DNA of 64,000 bases from contig OZ254086.1 of the NCBI GenBank assembly GCA_965267575.1, positions 1,280,001-1,344,000 of the forward strand, given 5' to 3'. Every line of letters begins with the position of its first letter. Within the stretch, counting starts at the first letter, position 1. The notes below the pieces were generated by a model. That model did no database searches. It saw only the letters and a program-made list of their open reading frames with translations, and had not been told where the DNA came from. Position numbers and translations under genes: made by a program. This DNA is from Calditrichales bacterium. GTDB taxonomy: Bacteria > Calditrichota > Calditrichia > Calditrichales > J004. Shown piece after piece: positions 37,183 through 46,482 of this stretch.

Positions 37183-37910
37183 TGGGGTTTTGCGCAGATA
37201 AAATGAATACGTTCACTCTGTTTGCGGGCGTCTTTGTGTGTTAAGTTTTCGAAAGCTGCTTTCATATTCAGCGGACTTTGTGCAATAAGCTCGGTCCACA
37301 CTGCGTCGTTTCTGATCTTTTGAACATGGCGCTCTTTGTAACTTTCTCCATGGTAAAGAAAATAAAAGTCATTGTATTGCAGATTGTCTTTTTGGGAAAA
37401 CCAGCCATGCCGCTCATAGGCGAGCCCGTTCCAGCTGTCCGATTCGTAATAATTGTCAAAGCATTGTCGCACACCTTCGCGGGTTACCACATCAAAGATG
37501 AAAATACCGCGGGGCGCCAGAACGCGGGCTACCTCGCTAAAAAGAATCATAATATCCTGTTCTTCCAGCAAATAATTGATCGAATCGTAAAGCATGAGAA
37601 CGGCCTGCTGGCTTTCTGCGCGTAACGGCAGCGCCACGCTGTCGGATACCGCAAGCAAATTATGGCCGGATTTTCTGGCCTCCGCCAGCATCGGCAGCGA
37701 AAGGTCCAGCCCCACTACCAGCAAATCCTTTTTTTTTAAAAAACCCATATGTTTTCCCGTGCCGCAGGCTATGTCGGCAACTTTTTTTACCTTTCCCGGG
37801 TAGAAGGCAAACAAAGATGAAACGTAGCCGGCCCAGGCTTTGTAGTTTACATGGGCCATCACGCGATCATAAATTTGAGAAAGCATGCTGTAAGGGGCGG
37901 AATCGTTCAT
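37179..37910 (-). CDS. Class I SAM-dependent methyltransferase
   Basis: YD..M..VNY..W, DIACGTG, GLDLS..ML, DSINYL, L.P.G.FIFD. Likely ATG at 37910 (track start 37931). Confidence 0.85.
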   Translation of the reverse strand: MNDSAPYSMLSQIYDRVMAHVNYKAWAGYVSSLFAFYPGKVKKVADIACGTGKHMGFLKKKDLLVVGLDLSLPMLAEARKSGHNLLAVSDSVALPLRAESQQAVLMLYDSINYLLEEQDIMILFSEVARVLAPRGIFIFDVVTREGVRQCFDNYYESDSWNGLAYERHGWFSQKDNLQYNDFYFLYHGESYKERHVQKIRNDAVWTELIAQSPLNMKAAFENLTHKDARKQSERIHFICAKPQ

Positions 37911-37990
37911 GCGGCAATTTGCGAAAAACAATTTTCTGAAACAATTACATATATTTATTATACTGACAGACGCGATTAAACATACACCAT

Positions 37991-40024
37991 ATGATTGATT
38001 TTATAAACCCTGCTCTGCTCACAGCACTAATTGCCGCCGGCATCCCTCTTCTGCTTCATCTGCTTAAGAAGGAAAAAACACGCAAAATCGACTTCAGCGC
38101 CGTACGCTTCCTGAAACAGCTCGAGCAACAGCGCATAAAGCAAGTGCGATTGTATCAATACCTGATCATACTCATCCGCACACTGTTTATAATCTTTCTT
38201 GTGCTCACTTTTGCGAGGCCGACGTTAAGCGGTTCGTTTTGGGGCACGTTGGGCCAAAGCGCCGGCACAGCCGTTATCATCCTGGATGACAGCTACAGCA
38301 TGCAGACTTATCATACTGTTTCCACTTATTTTGACAGGGCGAAGGAGACGCTCGCGAGCATTTTACCGGCTTTTTCGGAAGAAGATAAAGTTTTTGTCGT
38401 GACCCCTTCGGACGTTAAAGCCAGGGCCATATCCGGTCCGGACGCCGCGATCAGCGATATTAAAGTCAGCAATCAGAAAGCAGGACTCGGTGACGCATTG
38501 ACCCTGGCCGATTCGCTGTTCCGCTATTACAAGAATCCCAACAACGAACTCTATGTCATTTCCGACTTTAGTTTTTCCGCACCCGGCGGGGAGGAAATTA
38601 CATCCGATTTTAGCGGCTTTATGCTGCCGGTTAGCGCGGGCGAATCAATAAACAGCGGAATTGACAGCGCTTTTATCAAAAACAGGCTTATCGAAAAGGA
38701 CAAGCCCATCGAGCTGAACGCACGCTTGTACAACCAGGCCGGCAATAACATAGAAACCGCGCTGGCGTTGAAAGATTCCGCAAAAACGTATGCCGTGGAT
38801 TATATCTCCCTGGCTGAGGGAGAGGAAAGGGATATTTCGCTTTCTTTCACGGCAACGCAGTACGGCCCGCTTTTCCTGGTGGCCGAGCTGGATGAAGATG
38901 ACCTCAGTCTAGACAATCGCTACTATATTTTTGCTGATGTGCCGTCTTCCGTTCGCGTGCTGTTTATAAATGACGACACCGCCTCCATGCTGCGCAGCGC
39001 CGGTGAAGTATTGGAAAGCCGCAGTGTTCTTGAGATTACCACTATGAGCCACACGCAGTGGCAGAGCGCTTCTCTCTCCGCATACAACCTGATTGTTGTA
39101 AGCGGCCCTGAAAAAGTAAATGCCTCCGGCATGTCTTTGTTGCGGCAATACCTGGCCAGTGGCCGCAGCATTGTGCTGCTGCCCGGCCAACAGACCTCGG
39201 CCGAAGCATTGAATCTATTTGGGCAAAATGTGGGAGCGCCGTTAAATGCGGACAGCCTGATACGCGCAACCGGACAATCTTATTTTAGCATTGAATCTGA
39301 AAAAAGGGCCAATCCGCTTTACCAGGAGCTTTTCCGCAATCTCAGCGGCAGCATCGACGTGCCAAGATTTAACAGTTATTTGAAAGCCGGTTCCGGCGGT
39401 GAAAGCCTTATCCGCTTCAGGAATAATGACATGTTTCTCGGATCATATTCATCGGGCGAAGGGGGCGATCTGCTTCTATTTACGGCTTCTTTCGATTTAC
39501 AAAACAGTAATATTCTGGTTAGCGGACTTTTTTTACCGTTGCTTTACCGCGTATTTTATAATGCCGGATATGACCGGGGCAATACCTTCTCGGCGCTGTG
39601 TGGTGAACGTGTTTTTGTAAGGAAAGATGACATTGATCTGACGCAATCGTATTATTTTATCCGGCCGGGTGGAAGCAGGGAAAGCATCATACCGGAACAG
39701 TTTTCCGATGGATTCCGTTTTGATTTAGGATCGCTGGATGAGCCCGGGTTTTACAAAATCTTAAATGACCGCAGCGATTTACTCTATGTGGTAACGGTGA
39801 ATAAGGCATCGGGAGAACTGAATCGGCCGGCAGCGGATGATCCTTTTTTTTCCGGGTTTAAATTACTCGACGTAAATGACGATGGCCTGGCCGCATCCAT
39901 CAGGGAACAGCGGCGCGGTGTTGAATTTTGGCCTTTGTTTTTGAGTTTGGCTTTGTTAATGTTGCTACTGGAAATGTTCGTTATCTATAAATTGGAAGGA
40001 AAGAAAAAAGCCGTTTATGAATGA
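37991..40024 (+). CDS. BatA-domain / VWA membrane protein
   Basis: N-terminal FINP..L...IPLLLHL..FS.VRFL..L.FARP (BatA double-TM); MIDAS-like DDSYSM; C-terminal TM W..FL.LAL..LLLE. Confidence 0.85.
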   Translation: MIDFINPALLTALIAAGIPLLLHLLKKEKTRKIDFSAVRFLKQLEQQRIKQVRLYQYLIILIRTLFIIFLVLTFARPTLSGSFWGTLGQSAGTAVIILDDSYSMQTYHTVSTYFDRAKETLASILPAFSEEDKVFVVTPSDVKARAISGPDAAISDIKVSNQKAGLGDALTLADSLFRYYKNPNNELYVISDFSFSAPGGEEITSDFSGFMLPVSAGESINSGIDSAFIKNRLIEKDKPIELNARLYNQAGNNIETALALKDSAKTYAVDYISLAEGEERDISLSFTATQYGPLFLVAELDEDDLSLDNRYYIFADVPSSVRVLFINDDTASMLRSAGEVLESRSVLEITTMSHTQWQSASLSAYNLIVVSGPEKVNASGMSLLRQYLASGRSIVLLPGQQTSAEALNLFGQNVGAPLNADSLIRATGQSYFSIESEKRANPLYQELFRNLSGSIDVPRFNSYLKAGSGGESLIRFRNNDMFLGSYSSGEGGDLLLFTASFDLQNSNILVSGLFLPLLYRVFYNAGYDRGNTFSALCGERVFVRKDDIDLTQSYYFIRPGGSRESIIPEQFSDGFRFDLGSLDEPGFYKILNDRSDLLYVVTVNKASGELNRPAADDPFFSGFKLLDVNDDGLAASIREQRRGVEFWPLFLSLALLMLLLEMFVIYKLEGKKKAVYE

Positions 40025-41294
40025 TATTGTTATTGACGTCCAGACGGAGAGAGCCATATTGGTTGCGATCCGGCTTCCGCAGCAGGAGCGCTTTGTTGTG
40101 GAGGAGCATCTCGACGAGTTAAAGGAGCTTGCACTTACCGCAGGAGCTGAAGTTGTTGCCACGGTTGTCCAGGAACGCCCCTCTCCCGATTCCGCGTTTT
40201 TTATCGGTAAAGGCAAGCTTGATGAAATCGCCGCTCTTATCGATGATCTTAATGCCGGAATGCTGATTTTTGACGATGAACTTTCCCCTGCGCAGGCCAA
40301 AAATGTCGAGCAGAAAATAAAGGTAAAAGTTATTGACCGTACCGCGCTTATCCTGGATATTTTTGCCGATCACGCCCAAAGCCGCGAAGCTAAAACACAG
40401 GTGGAGCTGGCCCAGCTAAACTATTTGCTACCGCGATTGACCCGGCAGTGGCAGCACCTTAGCCGCCAGGTGGGAGGTATCGGAACCAAGGGGCCGGGCG
40501 AAACCCAGCTTGAGACCGACCGTCGGCTGGTTCGTAACAGGATTTCCCGGCTGCACAGCAAACTGGAGGAGATTGAGCGGCAGGGAGCCACGCGCCGCCA
40601 AAACCGCGATACGCTTTTCCGCGTTGCCCTTGTCGGCTACACCAATGCCGGTAAATCTACCCTGATGAATGCATTAACGGATTCATCCGTTCTGATGCAA
40701 AACAAACTTTTTGCCACGCTGGATACAACGGTGCGGCGCATGAATGATGAGGAAACACCCGGAGAGATCCTCGTCAGCGATACCGTCGGATTTATCCGCA
40801 AATTGCCCACACAGCTTGTTGCCTCTTTCCGTACAACGCTTTCCGAAGCGCGTGAGGCCGACCTGCTTTTGCACGTCATCGACATTGCCCATCCTTATTT
40901 TGAAGAGCAGATCCGTGTTGTGAATGAAGTTCTTGCTGAGCTGGATATTACCAACAAGCAGATCATTCATGTTTTTAACAAAGTCGATATTCTTGATAAA
41001 AGCGAACGTATAGAGCAAATGCGCACCCTGTATGGTGAAGATTCCGTTTTTATATCTGCCAAAAAGCAAATCGGGGTTCAGACGCTTAAGGATAAGATCA
41101 TTGCCCGTATGGAATCGCATTATAAAACCCGAAAGTTGCGACTCAGTTATATGCGCGGCGCCAATGAGCATTTGGTTATGCCTTATGCCACTATCTTAGA
41201 TAAGTCTTTCGATGAGAATTTTATATATCTGACAGTCAAATATCCTCCGGAAAACGAGTATCAAATTGAGCGTATACAAAAGAATTTTAGTTAG
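40017..41294 (+). CDS. hflX: Ribosome-splitting GTPase HflX
   Basis: DRTALILDIF, QVELAQL.Y.LPRL, GPGETQLETDRR, GYTNAGKST, DTVGF, NKVD. Confidence 0.97.
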   Translation: MNDIVIDVQTERAILVAIRLPQQERFVVEEHLDELKELALTAGAEVVATVVQERPSPDSAFFIGKGKLDEIAALIDDLNAGMLIFDDELSPAQAKNVEQKIKVKVIDRTALILDIFADHAQSREAKTQVELAQLNYLLPRLTRQWQHLSRQVGGIGTKGPGETQLETDRRLVRNRISRLHSKLEEIERQGATRRQNRDTLFRVALVGYTNAGKSTLMNALTDSSVLMQNKLFATLDTTVRRMNDEETPGEILVSDTVGFIRKLPTQLVASFRTTLSEAREADLLLHVIDIAHPYFEEQIRVVNEVLAELDITNKQIIHVFNKVDILDKSERIEQMRTLYGEDSVFISAKKQIGVQTLKDKIIARMESHYKTRKLRLSYMRGANEHLVMPYATILDKSFDENFIYLTVKYPPENEYQIERIQKNFS

Positions 41295-42822
41295 TCTGCT
41301 TTTCCTGATGCTGACCGGCGCCTCGCTAAAGTCTCAGGTAGTACATACAAAATATTTTGATCGTTTTAGTCACTATTCCATTGATGACTGGATCACCTAC
41401 GCCTATGCCAATCATATTACCTCGATTGACGTCGGATCGGATTATGTCTATTTCGGTACAACGCAGGGCGGCATTCTGCGCTTCGATGTTTTTGATCAGA
41501 GCTGGGATTTTCCTTTCACCGTAAGCAGCGGCTTGAGGAGTAACACCATTCTACGGCTAAGCTATGACCCGCTTTCCGACCAGCTTTACGCGCAAACACC
41601 CGAGGGCATAGACGTTTACAACAAGGCTTTCCGTTACTGGGAGAGGGCCGCAATAAGCGAACTGCCGCGGCAACGCACACCGCAGAATTTCCAGCGTGGC
41701 AATGACTTCCGTTATCCGCCGTACAGCCGTCCCGGCCTGGATATTCTAAACAATTTCTTTACGGACGGGCAGTACGATTACCTTCCTCGCGGTACGGTAA
41801 TTTCTCCAGACAATTACCGCTACGAAGTTACCGACATGGTTGTCGACTTTCGTAACACGTTGTGGATCGGAACAAGCGGGGCTGGGATCGGCAATGTGGA
41901 TCTGGACGGCCTGACCATGCATTTTGAGCCGAGGTCGGTTGCCGCAATCAGCCCGAGTGATCTATTGTTTGACGGTGATTATGTCTGGATAGCCGGGGAT
42001 CCTCTCCGCCGCCCGGAAGCCGCCATAACCCGCTGGGATTCTTATGAAAATAGCTGGCAATATTTCCGTGAAGGTATTTACGCTTCGATTATTTCGCTGC
42101 GGATAAATACGATCGAGTGGTTTAACGGAAACGTGTTTTTCGGAAGTGATCGCGGACTGTTTTATTTCAACACCCAAAAAGGCTCCTGGCAAAGGCTGCG
42201 CAACGAATTTGTGGGCGATGATTTCATTTTTGATTTACAGGCAATGGACTCCGTGCTTTTTGCGGCAACGGAATCAGGCTTGCTCAAAATTTCAAAAAGC
42301 CTGGATTTTGCCACAGAAGTATCTCCTAAATTGCTGCGCCATAGCTCTGTCTATCATCTTGCTTCGGCGGGCGGGGAAGTTTACCTGGCAACCGATCGTG
42401 GTCTTTTTGTTTTGGATTCCGTCTCTGCCGGAGCCCGTTTTTTGGCCACAGGCAGCGCGGTAAGTGATCTCTTTCTAACAGCCGTCGGTGTTCAGAATGA
42501 TACGGTCTGGTTTGCGGGAAGCGGGGGTGTGGCCATGGGTATTCCGGGCCAGCGCGACTGGCGTTCATTTCCCGGAGTACGGTTGTCTGTTACGTCCCGC
42601 ATAAATGATATTGCTTTCAGCGGGGAGAATGTCTGGTTTGCCAGCAACAGCGGCCTGATCAAGTATGATAAAGGGCGCGACTACTGGTATCTTTATACCG
42701 AGCAGGACGGCCTGCCTTCGCCGGAAATACGAAAAATCGATGTAGCCGGTGATGACCTTTGGCTTTCCACCGCCGGCGGTATTACTGTCTTTCGCTGGAA
42801 TGAGCCGGGCAGGGAAGAATAA
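41266..42822 (+). CDS. Secreted beta-propeller protein (two-component-regulator-propeller-like repeats)
   Basis: Signal peptide; repeated W(F/I)(G/A)T..G blades; SGLRSNTI and DGLPSPEI motifs; no CTD. Confidence 0.75.
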   Translation: MSVYKRILVSLLFLMLTGASLKSQVVHTKYFDRFSHYSIDDWITYAYANHITSIDVGSDYVYFGTTQGGILRFDVFDQSWDFPFTVSSGLRSNTILRLSYDPLSDQLYAQTPEGIDVYNKAFRYWERAAISELPRQRTPQNFQRGNDFRYPPYSRPGLDILNNFFTDGQYDYLPRGTVISPDNYRYEVTDMVVDFRNTLWIGTSGAGIGNVDLDGLTMHFEPRSVAAISPSDLLFDGDYVWIAGDPLRRPEAAITRWDSYENSWQYFREGIYASIISLRINTIEWFNGNVFFGSDRGLFYFNTQKGSWQRLRNEFVGDDFIFDLQAMDSVLFAATESGLLKISKSLDFATEVSPKLLRHSSVYHLASAGGEVYLATDRGLFVLDSVSAGARFLATGSAVSDLFLTAVGVQNDTVWFAGSGGVAMGIPGQRDWRSFPGVRLSVTSRINDIAFSGENVWFASNSGLIKYDKGRDYWYLYTEQDGLPSPEIRKIDVAGDDLWLSTAGGITVFRWNEPGREE

Positions 42823-42850
42823 AAAAAAGGCGTCATTAAGACGCCTTCTT
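42821..42850. terminator. Intrinsic terminator between convergent genes, overlapping the citrate synthase stop codon
   Basis: AAAAAAAAGGCGTC-ATTAA-GACGCCTTCTT. Confidence 0.75.
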
Positions 42851-44143
42851 TGCAATTTCTTCAAGCATGCTGGTCGTAAGTGATTTCGGCCGCTCAAGTG
42901 CCTGGCCCACTGCACGATCCCAAATGATATTACTAAGCACGCCTATCGCACGGCCCACACCAAACATGACCGTGTAGAAGTCATATTCGCGCACGCCATA
43001 GTGCCACTGTATTACACCGGAATGGGCATCCACATTCGGCCAGGGGTTTTTGGCCTTACCCTGTTCACGCAAGATATCCGGCACTACGTCATAGAGCATG
43101 CTTACGACTTTGAACAGATCGTCGTCTTTAAGATGCTTGAGGGAAAATTCCCGTTGTGCCGTGTAACGCGGATCGGTTTTACGCAGAACGGCGTGTCCGT
43201 AGCCCGGTATAACCTGTCCTGAATTAAGCGTATCCCATACAAACTTGCTCAGCTCATCTTTGGACGGAATCTTGTTGTCCATTTTGTGCATCAGGCTCTG
43301 AACCCAGCGCAATACTTCCTGATTGGCCAAACCATGAAGAGGCCCTGCCAGACCGTTCAATCCTGCGCTGAAAGCATAATATGCATCGGACAAAGCGGAG
43401 GCGACCAGGTGCGTGGTATGGGCGCTTACGTTACCGCTTTCGTGATCGCTGTGCAGAATAAAATAGAGCCGCGCTACTTCATCATAGGGATGGCCAATAC
43501 CCATCATATGAGCAAAGTTAGCACCGAAATCGAGATCGTTATTCGGTGCAATCGGCGTGTCGGCTTTATATTTCATCCGGTAAATATAGGCGGCAATGTG
43601 CGGCAGTTTTGCCAGCAGGTTAATGGAATCTTCGTACATCGGATCCCAGTAGTCCATTTTGCTCATGCCTTCTTCGTAGCGCTTTACAAAAACAGATTCT
43701 CTTTGCATGGCTACGATCGCCGCGGAAAACATACTCATCGGATGCGAATCGCGTGGCATCGTTCTTAATAAATCAAAAACGTACTGCGGCACCTTGCTTC
43801 TGGAGCGGAACTCTTCAACAACATCTTTGATGTCGTCTTTCGTTGGAATTTCGCCGGTGAGCAACAGATAGAAATGGCCTTCCACGAAGGGCATTTCCGC
43901 ACCATTGGCTTTGGGCAGCTTTGCAAGGCATTCCGGTATCGTATAGCCGCGGAAGCGGATACCTTCGTTCGGATCAAGATAAGAAATGTCGGTCGTTAGC
44001 GACTTTATGCCACGCATACCGCCATAGATTTGCGAAATACGGACCTGATCGACTACAACATCACCATGCTCCTTGAGCAGCTTCTGAATACGCTCGCGGT
44101 ATTCAGGCAGCTTTTCCTGAAGTTTTTGTTTAAGCCGGGACAT
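42836..44143 (-). CDS. gltA: Citrate (Si)-synthase, eukaryote/mitochondrial-like type
   Basis: YGGMRG, LDPNEGIRFRG, HSDHESGNVSAH, GLAGPLHGLANQEVL, GQVIPGYGHAVLRKTDPRY, KNPWPNVDAHSG, LERPKS. Confidence 0.96.
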   Translation of the reverse strand: MSRLKQKLQEKLPEYRERIQKLLKEHGDVVVDQVRISQIYGGMRGIKSLTTDISYLDPNEGIRFRGYTIPECLAKLPKANGAEMPFVEGHFYLLLTGEIPTKDDIKDVVEEFRSRSKVPQYVFDLLRTMPRDSHPMSMFSAAIVAMQRESVFVKRYEEGMSKMDYWDPMYEDSINLLAKLPHIAAYIYRMKYKADTPIAPNNDLDFGANFAHMMGIGHPYDEVARLYFILHSDHESGNVSAHTTHLVASALSDAYYAFSAGLNGLAGPLHGLANQEVLRWVQSLMHKMDNKIPSKDELSKFVWDTLNSGQVIPGYGHAVLRKTDPRYTAQREFSLKHLKDDDLFKVVSMLYDVVPDILREQGKAKNPWPNVDAHSGVIQWHYGVREYDFYTVMFGVGRAIGVLSNIIWDRAVGQALERPKSLTTSMLEEIAKKAS

Positions 44144-44170
44144 TGTTACATCCTTTCCTTTAAGCTGTGA

Positions 44171-44443
44171 TTAATTATGTTTTTGCGGAGCCTTTGGTTT
44201 TTCTTTCTTTTCGCCTTTGTCAGTTTTCTCTGCCGTATCGCTCTTTTTTGATTGGGACTTATTACCTTTATAGTCTGTGATGTAAAAGCCGGACCCTTTA
44301 AACAAAAGCCCAGCACCGCCTCCAATCTTACGCTCCACTTTTCCGCCACACTCCGGACAGACGGAAAGCGGATCATCAGTCATCTTCTGAAAGGCTTCAA
44401 AGTTATGGGCACACTCCTTACAAATATAATCATAAGTTGGCAT
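44171..44443 (-). CDS. FmdB-family zinc ribbon protein
   Basis: MPTYDYICKEC...CPECGG...FKGSGFYITDY; ATG at 44443 (track start 44521). Confidence 0.92.
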   Translation of the reverse strand: MPTYDYICKECAHNFEAFQKMTDDPLSVCPECGGKVERKIGGGAGLLFKGSGFYITDYKGNKSQSKKSDTAEKTDKGEKKEKPKAPQKHN

Positions 44444-44463
44444 AAATAAATATCTCCGGTGAT

Positions 44464-45441
44464 TTAATTTGATAATACACTGCAAATAGCGGCCACACTG
44501 ACGATATCGTCGGTGCTGCATCCGCGCGAAAGATCGTTAAATGGTTTCGCCAATCCCTGAATTACCGGGCCTATGGCTTCAGCGCCGGCCAGACGTTGTG
44601 TAATTTTATAACCAATATTTCCTGCATCCAGGTCCGGGAAAATATATACATTGGCTTTTCCGGCCACGGGACTATCCGCTGCCTTGCGTTTGCCAACGCT
44701 TTCCAGAAGGGCTGTATCAAACTGCAAATCCCCGTCAATGTTTAGTGCCGGTTGCTGCTCTTTGGCCATTTTTGTGGCCTGTACAACTTTGTCCACATGC
44801 GGGTGATCCGCGCTGCCTTTACTGGAAAAGGAAAGCATGGCCACATTGGGGGTCTGCCCGGTTAGCCGTAAATGCGTTTGTGCCGTGCTAAGCGCTATGC
44901 CGGCAAGCTGTTCAACATCAGGGTCGGGTATTACGGCGCAATCGCCATAGGTAAAAATTCTGCCGTCCTTTAAAACCATAACGAAGCTGCTGGAAACAGC
45001 CTTTATGCCCGGTGCCATACGGATCACCTGGATGGCCGCCCGCAATACATCTCCCGTTGTACTGACCGATCCGGCTACACCGCCATCGGCTCTGCCGCTG
45101 CGCACAAGAAATGCGCCATAAAACAGATTGTTATATAAAATGTCGGCTGCTTGTTCCGGCGTCATGCCTTTGTGTTTTCTCAACGCAACGAGCTCGTCAA
45201 TATAAGCTTGCCTGTCCGAATCCGTATGGGGATTAATAATCTCGATTCCGGCCAGATCAACCTTCAGGGCACCGGCACTCCGGGCAATTTCTTCGGGTAT
45301 ACCAACCAGCAGTGGTGTCGCGATTTTTTCCCTTTTAAGAATCTCTGCCGCCTTTAAAACCCGCTCATCGCCGCTTTCCGGTAATACAATCTTTTTGTTA
45401 AGCAACGCCGCGTTGCTGCGGACCTGTTCTATAAAATTCAT
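44464..45441 (-). CDS. pta: Phosphate acetyltransferase (short PTA_PTB form)
   Basis: IVLPES.D.RVLKAA, GDCAVIPDP, AMLSFSSKGS, FPDLDAGNIGYK, GP..QGLAKP.NDLSRG. Confidence 0.94.
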   Translation of the reverse strand: MNFIEQVRSNAALLNKKIVLPESGDERVLKAAEILKREKIATPLLVGIPEEIARSAGALKVDLAGIEIINPHTDSDRQAYIDELVALRKHKGMTPEQAADILYNNLFYGAFLVRSGRADGGVAGSVSTTGDVLRAAIQVIRMAPGIKAVSSSFVMVLKDGRIFTYGDCAVIPDPDVEQLAGIALSTAQTHLRLTGQTPNVAMLSFSSKGSADHPHVDKVVQATKMAKEQQPALNIDGDLQFDTALLESVGKRKAADSPVAGKANVYIFPDLDAGNIGYKITQRLAGAEAIGPVIQGLAKPFNDLSRGCSTDDIVSVAAICSVLSN

Positions 45442-45926
45442 TTTACTTCCAACTTCTCTTTTAATTTTTGCGCTACATGCGCTGTTACAAAACTATCTAC
45501 ATTCCCGCCAAATTTAGCAACATCTTTTACGATTGTCGAGTTCAGATAAGTATATTTTTCATTGGGCATCAGAAAAACAGTCGTTATCTCATTGGCCAGC
45601 TTTCTGTTCATCAGGGCCATCTGGAATTCGTATTCAAAATCGGTTACGGCGCGCAACCCACGGATTAAAACCAGCGCGTTTTTGCTTTGCGCAAAGTCCA
45701 CCAGCAGGCCATCGAAAGAGCTGACGCTTACATTATCAAAACCATTGATCGCGTCTTTAATCATCTCTATCCGCTCGTCAATCGTAAACAAAGGTTTTTT
45801 GGATTGGTTTTTAGCGATCGTAACGATCACCTGGCCAAAAATATGGCGGGCTCTTTCAATTATATCTATATGGCCCCGCGTTATCGGGTCAAAAGTCCCG
45901 GGATATATGGCAATATTTTTTCGCAT
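45438..45926 (-). CDS. coaD: Phosphopantetheine adenylyltransferase
   Basis: YPGTFDPITRGHIDI, RGLRAVTDFEYE.QMA..N. Confidence 0.98.
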   Translation of the reverse strand: MRKNIAIYPGTFDPITRGHIDIIERARHIFGQVIVTIAKNQSKKPLFTIDERIEMIKDAINGFDNVSVSSFDGLLVDFAQSKNALVLIRGLRAVTDFEYEFQMALMNRKLANEITTVFLMPNEKYTYLNSTIVKDVAKFGGNVDSFVTAHVAQKLKEKLEVK

Positions 45927-46477
45927 TAGCGCATCCTTTTTTCAATAAAAGATACAAAGCTTCTGCCCATTTTCTTTTGCTTAAATATATTATACGCGGG
46001 ATCGGATTGCGGCAAGGGATTTATTACTTCGTGCTCAACAACCAGAAGATCACCCGCCCGAAAAATTTCCGATGTACAATAATTGCGGACCAATGTAGGT
46101 AAGGTGGGATAGTGAAAGGGCGGGTCCATGAACGTAACCTCAAACGGTCGTTCACGTTTTTCTGCAAAGGATTCCGTTGTAAGGCTGAGTATGGAAAAAA
46201 GTGAAGGGGCTATTTCAAGTTGCTGCAAATTCTTTTTCAAAACAGCGATAGACGTTTCGCTCTTTTCAACGAACGTTACGTGGCCGGCACCTCGGCTTAA
46301 GGCCTCAATCCCCAGGCTGCCGCTGCCGGCGAAACAATCCGCCACACTTTTAGAGGAAACAAAATCCTGCAGAATAGAAAAGATATATTCCTTAACACGA
46401 TCGGTGGTGGGCCTTATGGAAAGGTCTTTTCCGGCACCAAGCTTTCTGCCCTTGAATTTTCCCGATATCACCCTCAT
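45926..46477 (-). CDS. rsmD: 16S rRNA m2G966 methyltransferase
   Basis: MRVISGKFKGR.L, RPTTDRVKE, D.FAGSGSLGIEALSRGA, DPPF. Confidence 0.96.
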   Translation of the reverse strand: MRVISGKFKGRKLGAGKDLSIRPTTDRVKEYIFSILQDFVSSKSVADCFAGSGSLGIEALSRGAGHVTFVEKSETSIAVLKKNLQQLEIAPSLFSILSLTTESFAEKRERPFEVTFMDPPFHYPTLPTLVRNYCTSEIFRAGDLLVVEHEVINPLPQSDPAYNIFKQKKMGRSFVSFIEKRMR

Positions 46478-46482
46478 CGCTT

